Part shown: positions 1 through 13,094 of the stretch, piece by piece | How the letters are laid out: every line of letters begins with the position of its first letter | Numbering within the stretch: position 1 is the stretch's first letter | From: Trichosphaerium sp. ATCC 40318 | Lineage: Eukaryota; Protista; Tubulinea | DNA: 64,000 nucleotides | Assembly: GCA_038496445.1 (NCBI GenBank) | Contig: JALMLS010000631.1 | Coordinates: 124,001 to 188,000 of the forward strand | Direction of reading: 5' to 3' | The notes under the pieces: model-generated | Told to the model about the DNA's origin: nothing | Seen by the model: only the letters and a program-made list of their open reading frames with translations | Database searches by the model: none | Position numbers and translations under genes: made by a program

Positions 1-3000
1 ACGAGCCTTTTTAGAATTCTTTGTGAAAGGTTGTTGCATATAGAACCGACCTTTAAAAAAAACTGTAAGCACAAAACGCAAAAAAAAATAAACCGCTGGA
101 CTTACGAATATTGAATGTCTTCTGATAAGGCTTTAGCCTCTCAGCCAAGTCTTCCTTGGTGTGATAAACCTCTTACATACACGTTAGTTCATTTACACAC
201 CAAAAGTATGATGTATCTTACCAACATTGCCGACTTGAATGTAGTTTTTATCAGGAGCAAGTTCTTCAACTTTTACCTGTTGAAGATTACCCATGATTTC
301 GATTGTACCAACTTTTGGGCCATAACGATTCTACAACCAACGTGTTAAACAAGTTAATAATCTTTGTATGATGACTGTACCTTGAGTATCTCAGAAAATT
401 CTTTAACCATCACTGTAGAAGGCTCTTTATAAATATAACTCTGAAGAGCAGAAAGTCAACAAAAAACAAGTAGTAAAGAAAAAAGCAACAAGTAGTACCT
501 TTCCATTGAGTTCTTTACCAAACCGCTTCCCGTAAAACGTTACTCGGTAGTAGAATGAGAAAATACGTTGTTGTTGGTCAGCCTACGTAAAATGTAAGAA
601 TCCTGAGCAATACCGAAATCACATAGGTATTATACAATCTTATCGACAACGTACCTCATCTAGGATAGATTCGCAAAGCTGGGTCATATCACGGTAGCAG
701 TTTGCTTGTTTTCTGTAATTGTCAGCATCTTGGTAGATTGGTAAAAGCATTCTGTAGGTTTGAATACACCGTTCATAAAATTTTCCAGTCTTAAGAGCTG
801 AAATTGCTTCTTCTAACAAAGCAACAAACCCTTCTGTTGTAAACGTCTCAGATAAGCAAATTTCACTACTGAGGGCTGTCAAAGAGTCTTCAGGAGGAAG
901 CTGAGCATCAGCTAAACCAGGACAAATCTTAGCCATTGTAGAGGCAATGTAATTGGAGTTCCATCTGTCCAAGGCCATGAGGTACTGTTGTACCAATGCA
1001 GCGATGACAATCTTTGTCTGAGCACACTCTTCCATACTACCTTGCCGACTATGATGTAAAGCCAAGCTCTCCAACCACGTAATACGTAAATCTGGAGACT
1101 CTAGAAGTTTGTTTGTAATGTCATACTTGAGATCAGCTAACATTTCTGGATCATAAGAATAATCACGCATTTTCTTGCTATCAACAGCAATTGATGCAAT
1201 GCGCTTTTCAAGTTCAGCCATTTGGGTATGTAACGGTAATGCAGAGTCATCTTTGAGTCCCATACGTTTTAGAGTCACTGTCAAGACAGATAAGACTTCA
1301 CGTAGTGGTTTAATATTGATCTAAAGAGAATCATAAGCACATTAAAAATTATTGGTTCCTTGTGATTCTACAAAACGTACGCTAGTCATAGCGTTTACAA
1401 TCTTTGTTACAGCAACTGTTGTTTGCAACTTCATTCTTGAGATATTACCCATCTCGCCGTGGTTCTCCTATGTAAAAAATCAGCACTGTAGGCAACTTAA
1501 GGTATCCGGCTACGTACTGTTATAAATGTGACAAGTGTCACTAGAGCTAGCTGACGCACAGCATCAATGCCACTGTTAGCGTGTACCAAGACACAATGAC
1601 ACAAGTCTCCAATCACTGAGTTTTGCATATTGAATAACTGAGGTCTAAAAAACTGTAGACAATAATGCAGTGCTTCATAAATAATAGTGAGAGTTTCTGT
1701 TGCTTGATTTGCCTTAAGCAAGGCAACAAAAACATTGAAAACCTTGGCAAACATAGTCTCCTCTCTTTGCATTGTACGCTTTAAAATGTTGATGAAATCA
1801 ACTACAGCACTCAAAGCTGTCAAGCTGACAGCACGAAAGAAGTGTTGCTCCTTTAATAAATGTTAGAAAGACATATTATCTACAAAGGTACAAGGTACCT
1901 TTACAACTTCTTCCACAGAATCAAAAGTCTCAGCCTTGGCTTCAGATGTGTATGATAGCAACATACGGCGTGTTGTTGTACGCTTGGAAAGACTCATCAT
2001 CTATAGAACTAGTTAGCAAAATACCTATAAAACGTCTTTGAACGTGCCTCTCTTTGGCCTCCAGTAACACCTTTTTTAAATAATTTACGTGCAAACTTTG
2101 TACCTGCACTTTTTTCTAGTGAAATAAACAGTTAATAACTTTTCAAAGGAGAAAAATTGAACATACTCTCAGACATTGAACTGCTTTCCATGTCAGTGCT
2201 TAGTCGCGTGGATGATGGCCTTGGGGCAACGTTTTTTCTTGCCTTTTTCACTTGGTCCATTCCTTTGTACTGAAAAGAGAAACCATTAGTTCACAACCAA
2301 GAAACAAGAGAAGTAAAGTAAACGTACTTGGAATATATCAACGCTCTCGCATAGCACAGTAAAGAACGTCATGACACGTTTTTGAGTCTCTTTGCCCCAC
2401 CACTCTTTAAGCAAGCTCGAATTCAAGTCTTTAAGAACGAACATAAAGGAAGCAAATAGGTTATACTTTATCTTATCAGAAATAAGTGTTCTTTGCTTAG
2501 CGTCAGCAATTACATTTATAACCTAACAATATAATTAAGAACAACAGACACAACAGTTCATAAAACATACCATCAGTAATAATGGAAAGTAAATTCCAGC
2601 AATACGCTCTCTCACACGTTTTTCTTGATATCTTGCATCACAATCATGGCGACGGAGTATGGACAGCAGTGTTTGAACAGCCTATAGGTAAAAGTCAACT
2701 TCTTTCGCTAACAAAGGCTATGTATCTCCTTACCTCGTTCATTACTTCAGGTTTACCTGAACGAAAGACGAAACCAATATGGTGCAAGAATAGACCAATT
2801 AAGAAATGTTTTTTCCTGTTGATTAACTTTAGTACAACACAAAAGTATAATTAAAGAGCTTACCAGAACTTAATAGCAACGTCATTGATGTCTGGTACTT
2901 TAGTCTTTACAGGAATGCTCAAGCCAATCAATTGAGGGTGCATACCGATGATCCTAACTGTGGACAAGCAAAGAAGATCACAAGAGGTAATATTAGGTTT

Positions 3001-6000
3001 GCTTAAAACATCCAAATGTGTTGCGATCTAGTAAAATCAGTCAATGATAAAGTAAGGGCTTCAAAGCTCGTACCATCTTAAATACAAGACCACGATCAAG
3101 GATAGAAAGACAATCTGAAAGAAAGAAAGAAAGGTTTGTGTTGAAGAAGCCAATAACAGCCTTCGACATTTCACTTTCCTTGGACATTGATACAATCATC
3201 TTTGCAAAGTCTGTAAGAATATTCGCCAAGAGATCCATAAATTCAGACGGCATACGAATCTTACGAGACACACCATTATCCTCTTTAGAAAAATGTCAAA
3301 AAAGAAGAGTTATACATATTTATATCGTACCCAATTGGCCTTTATCATCAATTGACATCACCATGGATTTATGGAGCATATCAAAAAAGAACCAAGAGTG
3401 TTTTATTGTTGATTGAAGCAACTCCGTCTGTAAAGCAAAATTAATCATTTTTTATACAAAACAACTATAAAAGCGTACGTCGGTTCCTTTACTCAACAGC
3501 CACCAATTCTCAGCAATCTTTTCATACAACATTGCCTTTGGGTCAAAGTGGAACTGATAACTTAAGAAAGACTGCAACACCTCATCTTGCGGTTGTGTGG
3601 CTTCAATACACCTAACGGGTACTTAGTAAAAGAGTTAAAAATCAAATCATACTTGGTAACTACTTTGGCCAGTCCCATGAATGCACCGTAACTGACGTCC
3701 TTATCTCCACGGGTAATAATAACACATAAGGCATTTATTAAATGTGGTAAGAAGTGAACCATTTCAACAGGATTAATATCAGTGATAACATCAAGAGCCT
3801 AGAACATACGTCAAACGATATTCTGAAATCGTTGTACATAATCAAGTGGCCAACAGTACCTTCATACACTCAGGCTTAGCTACTGGATGATAATCTGAGT
3901 AAAAGAACAAAAACACATCCAAGAGGTTGTCAGCAGTATAGATTGAAGAAACCAACCTAACACTACAATGGAAAATATTCTTCCTGTGGTCCAAGAACTA
4001 CACCAACAAATTAGAACACAGGTTAGGTTGGATGTCCAACTAAACGTACACTAATTTCATCCTGGGGAACACTCAAATACTGTCCTGGTAATTTTGTTGC
4101 AATAGGATAAGAGTAATTACCAGGTTTTATGGCTTTTTTATCTTGGAGTATTGCAATTGGTGTGAATCCGACAACAGTCTAAATACGGCGTCAGCCAAAG
4201 AAATTATGGATAGTAGGGTACCTCAACTTGTGAGTCTTGTTTCTTAGATTTAGCTTTGCACTCAATATGATAAAACACGCACAGCAAGTGATGTTGTGAA
4301 CCAAGAACAGGAGGTAACTCTACTTTAATCTCATCGTAAAACCTTGGTTTCTTACTGTGATATGTGACACCTGTCACAATAGTCTTGGATCGCAATTTAT
4401 GTATAGACTTCCCGTAAAACGACTAATACAACATGTAAGCTTAAATGCGGATCAAACATAATTAATACCATAGCTGATTTCAATGTTTTAACATCAACGA
4501 GTGAGTCCAAAGGTACAGCATCTGAGTCCAATAAAAATACTTCAATTGCAATATTTCGAGCGTTCTTTTTCGATCCCGATAAATCCAAACGCTCTGGGTA
4601 TATATATAAATTGTTGACATAGTCAGTATGTGGTAAAGGAGAATGTTCATCAGTTTCGAATACTTGAATCTCACGAACAATCTAAAATGTGTCAAAAAAA
4701 GTGTGTTTTCATAGACTTTAACTCGTACCTTTGTTTTGCTCTCTGGGGGTACAGGAATTAGACTAGGTGTTAATACACCTTCCATGGCTTTTTCATACGA
4801 TTTGATACTGAAATTAAAATGACCAGGGATTACCTACCAGCACGTCAAAATCTCAAAAAAAACCCTTGCCTCTTTTACCTTCTGTTTTTTTCCAGTTCTC
4901 ATATACTCAATCAATTCCCAAAGCTCCTTGTCAGGTTTTGGTCTATTTTAATATTAATATGCTATTACTAGTAATTTTTTTATATACCTGTAAAGATCTA
5001 ACTTCTTGCCTCCAGCTAAAAAGTAAAGTGTCAAAAACAAATAATTTCGACAAAAAATTGCACGTACGACACAAGTTCAATGTTTTTGTTTCATCACAAA
5101 GCAACATTGCAGACCAAGCAAAAACTTGAGAGTGTCTACCTAAACGAGGAACAGAATCATTCGCTTCTGACATAAACTTGACTCTTTCCTTTTCTTTGAC
5201 CTATGTATAATTATTAATTGTACATATTAGATTTTTTAGGTTTTGTTAATAGCTTGAAGCTACGTACTGTTTTGGAATACATCTCAAGTGCATCATCAAC
5301 ATCACCTCTTAACACACGGTATACAATTAACACCAAATACGTGTCTACTTGCTTGCCATTTAAAGAAAATATGCAACTCTTACAGGCATCATTACCTTCG
5401 TAGTGTGCCTACAAATAAAATCTTAATGTAAACGAATTTTAAAATTCGAATGACGGTATCTAACAACGATAATAATAAAAAAATTGTCAATAATCCACTT
5501 ACGCTCAATAAAGCCAATTGAGAGTGATTGTTTAAATGAAAATGGAAATCCTCTGATAATTTCTGTTTAGTGTCCATGTTGTACAATGACGCAACACAAA
5601 AGAACGGTTCCACAGTGCCAAAGTCAAAGTGGAGATTTTTGGGCTCGAAAACAAGATTTAAACCGGCTCTAGTGTCGCGTGAGCCAATTATTCTAACCCA
5701 CAAACAGTCTAACTGCATTTTACGCACGAGATATCCTCAAAGGGCCGTCCTCTTCTGCGTTCGTACGCATTGGCGCTAACCTCATTTTTAACAAAGCAGT
5801 TGTACAATAGATTATCTGTATTTCGGGCCTAAAGGTTATAAGGTACCATTCGCGTGCGTAAGCACAAGCGTAAATGCCTATTTTGATTGTTTTTTATCTG
5901 CAGAGCGTGCTTAAAAAATAATAACACATACCCGAAGAAGTGCAGGAGTGTCTGGGTTTATCTCCAACGGCGAATAGGCTAGTTTGTTCGGTTGTTTCCA

Positions 6001-6451
6001 CTGAGCCTTACTCTTTGTAATTCTAGCCTCATCGATCTCGTAGTCTAGAGCAGGGGCGCTTGCAAACTTTTTTTGGACTATGTTTTGAGTGGACACAAAA
6101 CGCCAAGGCATAGCGTAGAGGGTCCTACATAATCTCACATGCACGTTACTAATATCAGCGCTCTTTTTAAAGGTCTAAATCCTGTTAGTTGAAGAAAACC
6201 GCAGTTGAAAACGCACAGGAAACGCATTATGCGAGGTACGATAATGGCGTTCTTTGGTTGTCAGTTGTAGAAATGTATCATCATATCGAAGTTCATCACC
6301 AAGCTTTTCGCGAACCTTATCATTCGCAAACACGTCCTCGTATACACCATACCTTGTACAGTAAGCTACCAAGTTTTTGTAGTAATGGGACATACTCAAA
6401 GTCCTTTATTTGCGTTTCTGGAGTGCTAGACGCCTTTAAATTTGCTGCCAT
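1..6451 (-). CDS. DOCK-family Rho GEF, DOCK-C/D (zizimin-like); multi-exon, 3' end beyond window
   Basis: ATG at 6451 (MAANLKASSTPE...). DHR-1 C2 motif VTYHSKKPRFYDEIKVELP...HHLLCVFYHIECK at ~4200-4395; DHR-2 entry SPDLRITWLESLA...FYYRVTFYGKRFG at 500-1284; 'VEPFFCVASLY...KLSEDFHF'. Many GT-AG introns. Confidence 0.93.
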
Positions 6452-7413
6452 TTGTTTAGTACCTCCTTAGGAGGTTGCTAAAAGGTGCCCGGGCTTCTGA
6501 AATACTCTGAAGATTTCTCGAGACTGAAATCGAAAGCTTGTTACCAACAATGTCAAAGCACCTATAACTTGCTCAATCTGTATACATGTCAGGCAAAGGA
6601 GGTGTGAACGCTAAAAACTTACGCCTTAGAGCAGAAATAACTGCAATTGGTTGTTTGGAGTGTTTTACGCACCTAACAACCAAATTACGGGCTCATGGGG
6701 AATTATTGGTAGACTCTAACGGGTATAGCTTCTTAGTTGGTATATATGATAAATATAAGCAACCGCATGTGTGGGTGCGATACTACGCTATTTTACAGCT
6801 GAATGATTGTTATTAGTTACTGTCAAACCAGACTACATTTCCTGGCGATGACACTATCTCTATAACCGATAAGAATACACCTTTACCATTACCACTCACT
6901 ATTAACTGGCAGAGTACAAAAAGTAAATATACTCGACGTTTTGACATTTTGTAGAGAAGCCTGTTGCGATAATAACATTAGTAGCGCAACTTGTGATATT
7001 AGCGAATGGTGCTATAGTGAGCCCTGTAGCGCTAGAACTAGATAAAATAAAGAAAATGCCAATTATTAAGGTACTTTTTTTTGAGCAACATTGCACCCGA
7101 TAATCATAATACTCTAGCGTATCACGTTGACTGGTTCGTTGGTAAAGTACTTGAGATCATTGTACTTGACAAATCCAAGCTATAGTGACCACAGTACGCA
7201 AATATAAGTAACGTACTTACTAACAAAAATTAGTTTACAAAGAATTGGCTGTTATCAGCCAAGTGCACTACAAGAGCTTATTAACCGCGTCTGAAAACCC
7301 TGTAAAGCCATGATATCATTTCAGAGCTCAACCACAAAGGAACAGATGTCACCATTTGGCCAAGTTTTTTTTTAATAAATGGTTAAATGTACAAAGAGAA
7401 TCTGGCTAGCGTT

Positions 7414-8114
7414 TCACTTGCCCTGCTGTGTATTAATGCGTAGCATCTTTTTGAAAAATGATTCAAGTTCTTCAGATCGTCCTTCAGTTACGGGCACGTG
7501 ATGTTTTTCTAACTCTATTGGATCAGTGACTGAATCAGAAGTTACTATAGCTTGGCGTAGGTCAAGCATATCGGCGTATTTTTCGGTTTTTTCAGCGTCT
7601 GTGGCCTCCATATCTTTCGCTATCGCTTGTTTTTTTTTCTCAAATTCTGCTGTAGCTTTAAGCCTTCTGTAGTACTCAGCTGTACTTTCTATATACGCAA
7701 CACGTAGTTCTTCCTCTACTTCACTTATTCTTTTCATTCTACGAGCTACATAAGGCGTTTTTCTGAAAATGTAGATTGATCAAAAAGATTTATGCACGAA
7801 AATTTGTAATTAGTGTTGTTATAGTACCGTTCTTTCTTTTTGCCAGCATATTGTCCGTATACAGCATTACCTGCCTGTAGAGACATATTGGTTTGGCCTC
7901 CAGGCCTCATAGCCTCATCTATGGCGTGTCAGTGCGATACAAGCGAATATTAGTACCATCTACTAATCCAAGGTGTCTCAAGCCCAAAGATATCAATACG
8001 CCTGACGCAGTCATAAACCCTATACCCAGGACTATACAGTGTCAGCTTCTATGTAACTTGAGCTTAAAACGCACTCCAGTACCCTTCAATTGTTCCTCCA
8101 TCTATGCGCGCCAT
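7414..8114 (-). CDS. Hypothetical ~190 aa protein with N-terminal hydrophobic helix and coiled coil (4 exons)
   Basis: Spliced model MARIDGGTIEGYWILGIGFMTASGVLISLGLRHLGL...RRMKRISEVEEELRVAYIES... joined by three GT-AG introns; no family recognised. Confidence 0.7.
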
Positions 8115-8350
8115 ACGAGGCGCGTTTAAAAAGCGCCGCATTGGTGTTCAGCGACTCTTGTGATAAAGCACTTAATCAGACTCACTTAATATGTCACGTG
8201 CTAGCCTAACTACCAAGTACAAATTCATCAAGCTGCAACGCAGCCACTTTAACCTGTAGTGCGTATTAGTTTCATTCATGCAACTCAATAAAATATACGT
8301 AGTGGGGTTTTATTACTAACAACTGACAGAAAGAAACAGTGACGGGTTCT

Positions 8351-11300
8351 TTAGAATTTTATAACCATATCTTTAACACCTCTAAGAACTTGTTTAAGCT
8401 TCCTATTTTCTTCTTCTAATTCCTTTATCCTTTTTGTCAATGCGATCACTTCGCTAGTCCCTGAATCTGCAGAGGCTGATGATGATTGCTTCTCTTTCTT
8501 AGTAGCCACGTGTCTTTGGTAAACAGTTAAACAAAAGCAGAAAAAAAGCCAATGACTTACCCTTGCGTTACTTGTTTTTTCGGTAATTCAGGTTGTTTGT
8601 TTGGTTTGTCAGGTTGTTTTACAGGCTGCTTCTTTGGTTTGTCAGGGTGTTTCTCTGGTTTTTCAGGCTGCCTCTTTGGTTTTACAGGTTGCTTCTTTGG
8701 TTTGTCGGGTTGTTCAATTTGAGGATCTTTCTTGGATATAGTACCCCATAAAGTTCTGTCCAAGGGCAGATCGTCGTCGCTGAAAAAGTCATCGCTTTCT
8801 TCGCCACTTTCTTGCTGTTCTTGTGTGGGTTTTGCAGAGACACTCTTTTTTGGTGCATCTGTTTTCGTGTCTGGTTTCTTGGCGTTTGATCTGCCTTTTT
8901 TTGTATCGTATAGATGCCTTAGGTCAATCTTGGGCTTGTGTTTCACATCAGGCTGTCATTTGGTGAGAATTTTAAGAATGATGTTTTGTAAGCTTACTTT
9001 TTTTTTGACAAAGGCAACATATCTTGGGATTATTTGTGGTTCCTGAAAGACTACAATTTCATCGAAACATATTTTTTGTCCATTATATGGCAGACCTTTG
9101 GTATTGACAAGTACCACATGAGATTGATAACCAGACACACCTGGCATGCCCTGTTTTTTGGGTAAAAATAAGAAAAAACTAAGAAATAAAAAAATAAGGG
9201 TACAAGTAAGCTATCATCGTCGCTATTGGGTTCTTCAACGGTGGGATATCTTTAAAAAAGACGTAAGAAAATAATGTAGTTTGAATAGATAACTTACGTG
9301 TTTCCAAGTAGAGCATAACAAATAATTAAGCAGTTATAATCCTCTAGAAATTGATTTAAAAGAAGTAGACCAAAAAAGAAATAAAACACAAGAAAATGCC
9401 AGCCATGCTATTTCGAAAGGTAGCGCAAAACAAGGGTGAATTTTAGAGCTTTTGGTTACCTTGAGAGTATTTTGCAGCGTATCTTGTTACTGTAGTAAAG
9501 TACATTCCTATAGAATATTGTTAAAGACAAAACAAAAAGTTCAGTTTTGCTTGCGAAACACAGTACCTTTACCATACCAACCAGCATCGAGTTTAGCAAG
9601 AGTTCCAAAGCCTGCTTGACATATTGACCAAACACTCTTTGAGCTTGTTCCGTGTATGACTGGAACAACTTTTACCTTAAACACAACATCAAAAAGCAAA
9701 GCGATAGTATTTTATTGTTTACCTCGCTGCCTTTGTTGAAATCAAAAGAGTCTGCATAACCATCAATGTAGTCTCTCACTATTTTCCTTTTCCCAGCATC
9801 AAGTGTCTCCTTCCAGTCTTGCTTTCTGAACAGCCAAGGTACCTAAACGCAATTGAGAATAAAGAATGGAAAAAAAAGGGATAGACTACGAGCAAAGAAA
9901 AATAAAACATCAATGAGTTCACCTTTTCAAAACGATCGCTTAGTGTAGTGAAGTGAGAGTTGAATTGAGTGTCAAGTGTTTCATTACGTATAGCCCAAAC
10001 TTCTTTTACTTCAAAGGCTTGTCCACCAAGTTTGTTGTTGAAAATATCAAGAAATTGGTAGTAAGGCTCTGTTGCTTGGCCAATACAATCAGCTCTTTTT
10101 TATAATGTGAGCAATAATAGTTTCCAAAAACGACGTTATTGTTTACCTTAGTTTTAGTCGTCGAAATGGTCTATCTCCGTATCCTTTTTCTGCTGACCAC
10201 CCTTTCAATAGTAGCTGTTTTGGAGATAACTCCCATCCTTTATGCAAAGGCTCCTTGGACAAGAGAATACAGTACTTTTCTCTAAACTAATAAGTTAACT
10301 ATGATTTGGCATTTCTTTAATCTGGTACCCTGTTGCAATGTTGTTATATAGTCTCTTACTTTCTGGACTAACTGGAGTAACTTCTCCTTTGATAACATCT
10401 GGGTTCTGTTCTTCTTTATCACCAGACATTTTAAGACGAACAGAGAACAAACTTCCTCCTTCTATTTAAAACCTTAATCAACACAAGCCTCACTTAATTA
10501 ATCTAACCATCAAGCGCTAACATCTCTTTGTATGTAGCATTGGCTCTCGTGAATTTATGTTTATCGCTCTTGATTATACCTGGTTCTCTATGAACCAAAT
10601 CAACCCAAAAGTGGATTTCTCCTTCCTCTACAGCATGCGTAAAAAACCCAACTTTCACCGTACTTTAAGAGAGAAAATGACTTGCCTGTAACAGCGGATG
10701 TTCCAGCGTCACTCTGACATATGCTAATATAAGGAGTGTCATTTGTAAGAAACTCTACAATAACGACATCTATTTTTTTATCTTCCTTTTGTTCATCAAT
10801 ATGGTACAAAGTTCCAGTCTCTACAATAACCCTGTTAAAAAACGCATAAAAGAGGTTCTTCTATTACTTGAAATGCCAACGCAAGTATTTCCAGCAGCTG
10901 AGATCTCCTTGAACTCTAAATCTTCGAAGGAATGGACAAGGTATCCCCTTTATAAAGTGTTAGATTATGAATAAACATACACGTGCTCACCAAGAGTCTT
11001 TCCGACCTGACCATACGTAAGCGTGACCTTCATCTACAGAACACAAAGTCAGTCGAAAAAAAAGAGCATAAAAAGGTCTAAGTGGTTACCTGCAAGGACA
11101 TACACGAAAGTCTCAGTAGAGCACACGTGATGGTAATTAGAATCGTCTGGATTACATTCATTCATTAGTGTAGGTGTTTCAAATCTCTGTTCATCATCCC
11201 AATCTACAAACTAAGAAGTAAAATATGAGGTTAAAAAACTAAACTACTTTTTTAATACCTCTCCCCAGAAATAGATATTAGTCAGTTTTTCAAAATCAAG

Positions 11301-12502
11301 AGCTATACTCTTTGTATGCGAAGCGGCAATCTCTTTAAACCTTTTGTCAAAATGTACTAGAATAGGCTTCTGAGATGAAGATAAATCATCCACTGGTCTA
11401 GCTAGCTGACCACAATCATTAGATCCCCATGCATATACGGCTCCATCAACTACAGTTTGTTAGATAGGCGAGTGATTTCTAACTGACCAGTCAACGCTAA
11501 TGAGTGCTTTTTTCCAGCAGCGACTTGTTTAATGCGTATAGAACCCAAACCGGCTAGAAGTCTAGGCGCTTTTTCAACACGTGTGCCATGTCCCTGGTAA
11601 TCTTTGAGGATTGTTTTAGTAGATATTGAGGTACGTACCAGCTCGCCTAGGTATCCTTTACCCATTGAAAAAGTACGTTGGATTATTGGTACATCCTTTG
11701 TCTTTGAGCTAAGTGTGCTATCCTTCTTAAAAGCCTCCAGATCAAACATAAAATCGCTGGGCTCAAAAAAGCATTTACACTGGCTCTCGCCAGAAATACC
11801 AACAGTAGGACATAGACCCTTGTTGTATTTCTTACCGACTCTCCATATAACATCTATTTAATCTCATTAGAAGATAAATATTGAAGCACAACCGACCTAC
11901 AAATACGCCATTTAACGTAATAAATATTTTCCCAGTAGCGCTGTCAAGACCCATACCAACACGTGTTCCTAAACAGAGCGTAAAAATATTTCATTTTCAG
12001 AAGACCGCTTTGTGAACCTTCTGCTTCCCACGAATCAGTCATAGGAGTGTATTTAGAATTTTCCTAACATACTATTACACAAGGCAACAAAATTAAAGCT
12101 TTTTTACACGGGATACTTACTATTTTGTCTCCGTCACATGATTGCCACCCAACTGATTTCTACGTACGCGTTAGAATAATCTGAACGTATTTTGATGGGG
12201 TTTTTTGTTTACCTCGTCTACTCCTGGTATATGCTCAAGGTTATAGAACTTGTTTGCTAATCCAATGACTGTATTATTATTAGCATCTTCTACAGACCCA
12301 ATAACTTCAAGTTCGTAATAGAACCATGGTTGTTTGCCAATAACCCAACCGTTTCCGCCAAACATAACCGCCCCATGATCTAATCACGTGTTATTGCCAA
12401 AGGAAGTTGTTTTCGGGTCTTTACACAATAGCTACCTGTATCTTCATCCAAGCCAAACTGCAAGTCTTCTGAAGTAACGCCGTTCCCCTTGCGTAGCTTC
12501 AT
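8351..12502 (-). CDS. SPRY + RCC1-repeat + PARP-type ADP-ribosyltransferase fusion with Lys/Pro-rich tail
   Basis: SPRY: WFYYELEV...TVIGLA...SVGWQS...RVGMGLD...IFITLNG. RCC1: IKQVAAGKKHSLALT, VYAWGSNDCGQL. PARP: VIHGTS...AGF...GWYGKGMYFT...YAAKYS...GYQSH...DEIVVFQEPQIIPRY. Confidence 0.85.
8570..8715 (-). repeat. Coding low-complexity K/P/Q repeat (KPKKQPV / QPDKP variants)
   Basis: QPDKPKKQPVKPKRQPEKPEKHPDKPKKQPVKQPDKPNKQPE in ORF 8557..8946. Confidence 0.8.
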
Positions 12503-13094
12503 ATTAGTATTGTTACTTACAGCGGTTTGCTTTTTGTTGGCTTAGCAAACAGCAACACTTATCGCAATACACGAGCATCGGTACGGTATCTTCTACCATG
12601 CAAGCTACGTATGTTTTCGGTGTTATTTTTTACATAATGGAAACTAATGGGTTGTTTTACAGAGTACAACCTGATATTGCTTTAATAGACTTGCCAGCAG
12701 AGATCTTAATATCATGATTGATCCTTGAAAGTCATGGTTCTCCTAGCACAAAGTACAAAAAGTCAAAAAAGAAAATGTTTGAAAATGACACATTTTGACA
12801 TTTCGTTGTGTTTATTGATCAGTCATAGCTCCTTCCAGGTACTTATATCATTGCAGTCGCAGTAGGAGTGTCATTTAGACAATAAAATAATTTTAACGGA
12901 TTACTCGCAAAATTGAATAATTTGATACGGTTTTACGCCCACAGTCTACACTTCAAACGTTATAAACTCATTTTCATCAATTCGCGCGGTTTTCCTCGTA
13001 AATCCTTTACTATCTTCTCTGTATCACATAAAACAGCCGTATAAACCAATTTCTGATACTAAATCGCAGTTCAGTATTTGTGTAGGTAAAAAAA

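Noticed and set aside
6353-6395. Intron flanked by repeated gtatg suggesting an Introner element
   Set aside because: Introns in the window share no evident internal similarity or terminal inverted repeats; the match is explained by splice consensus.
11651-11659. GTATCCTT U12-type donor motifs (also ~10179 and ~33221)
   Set aside because: All lie antisense to coding exons of minus-strand genes.
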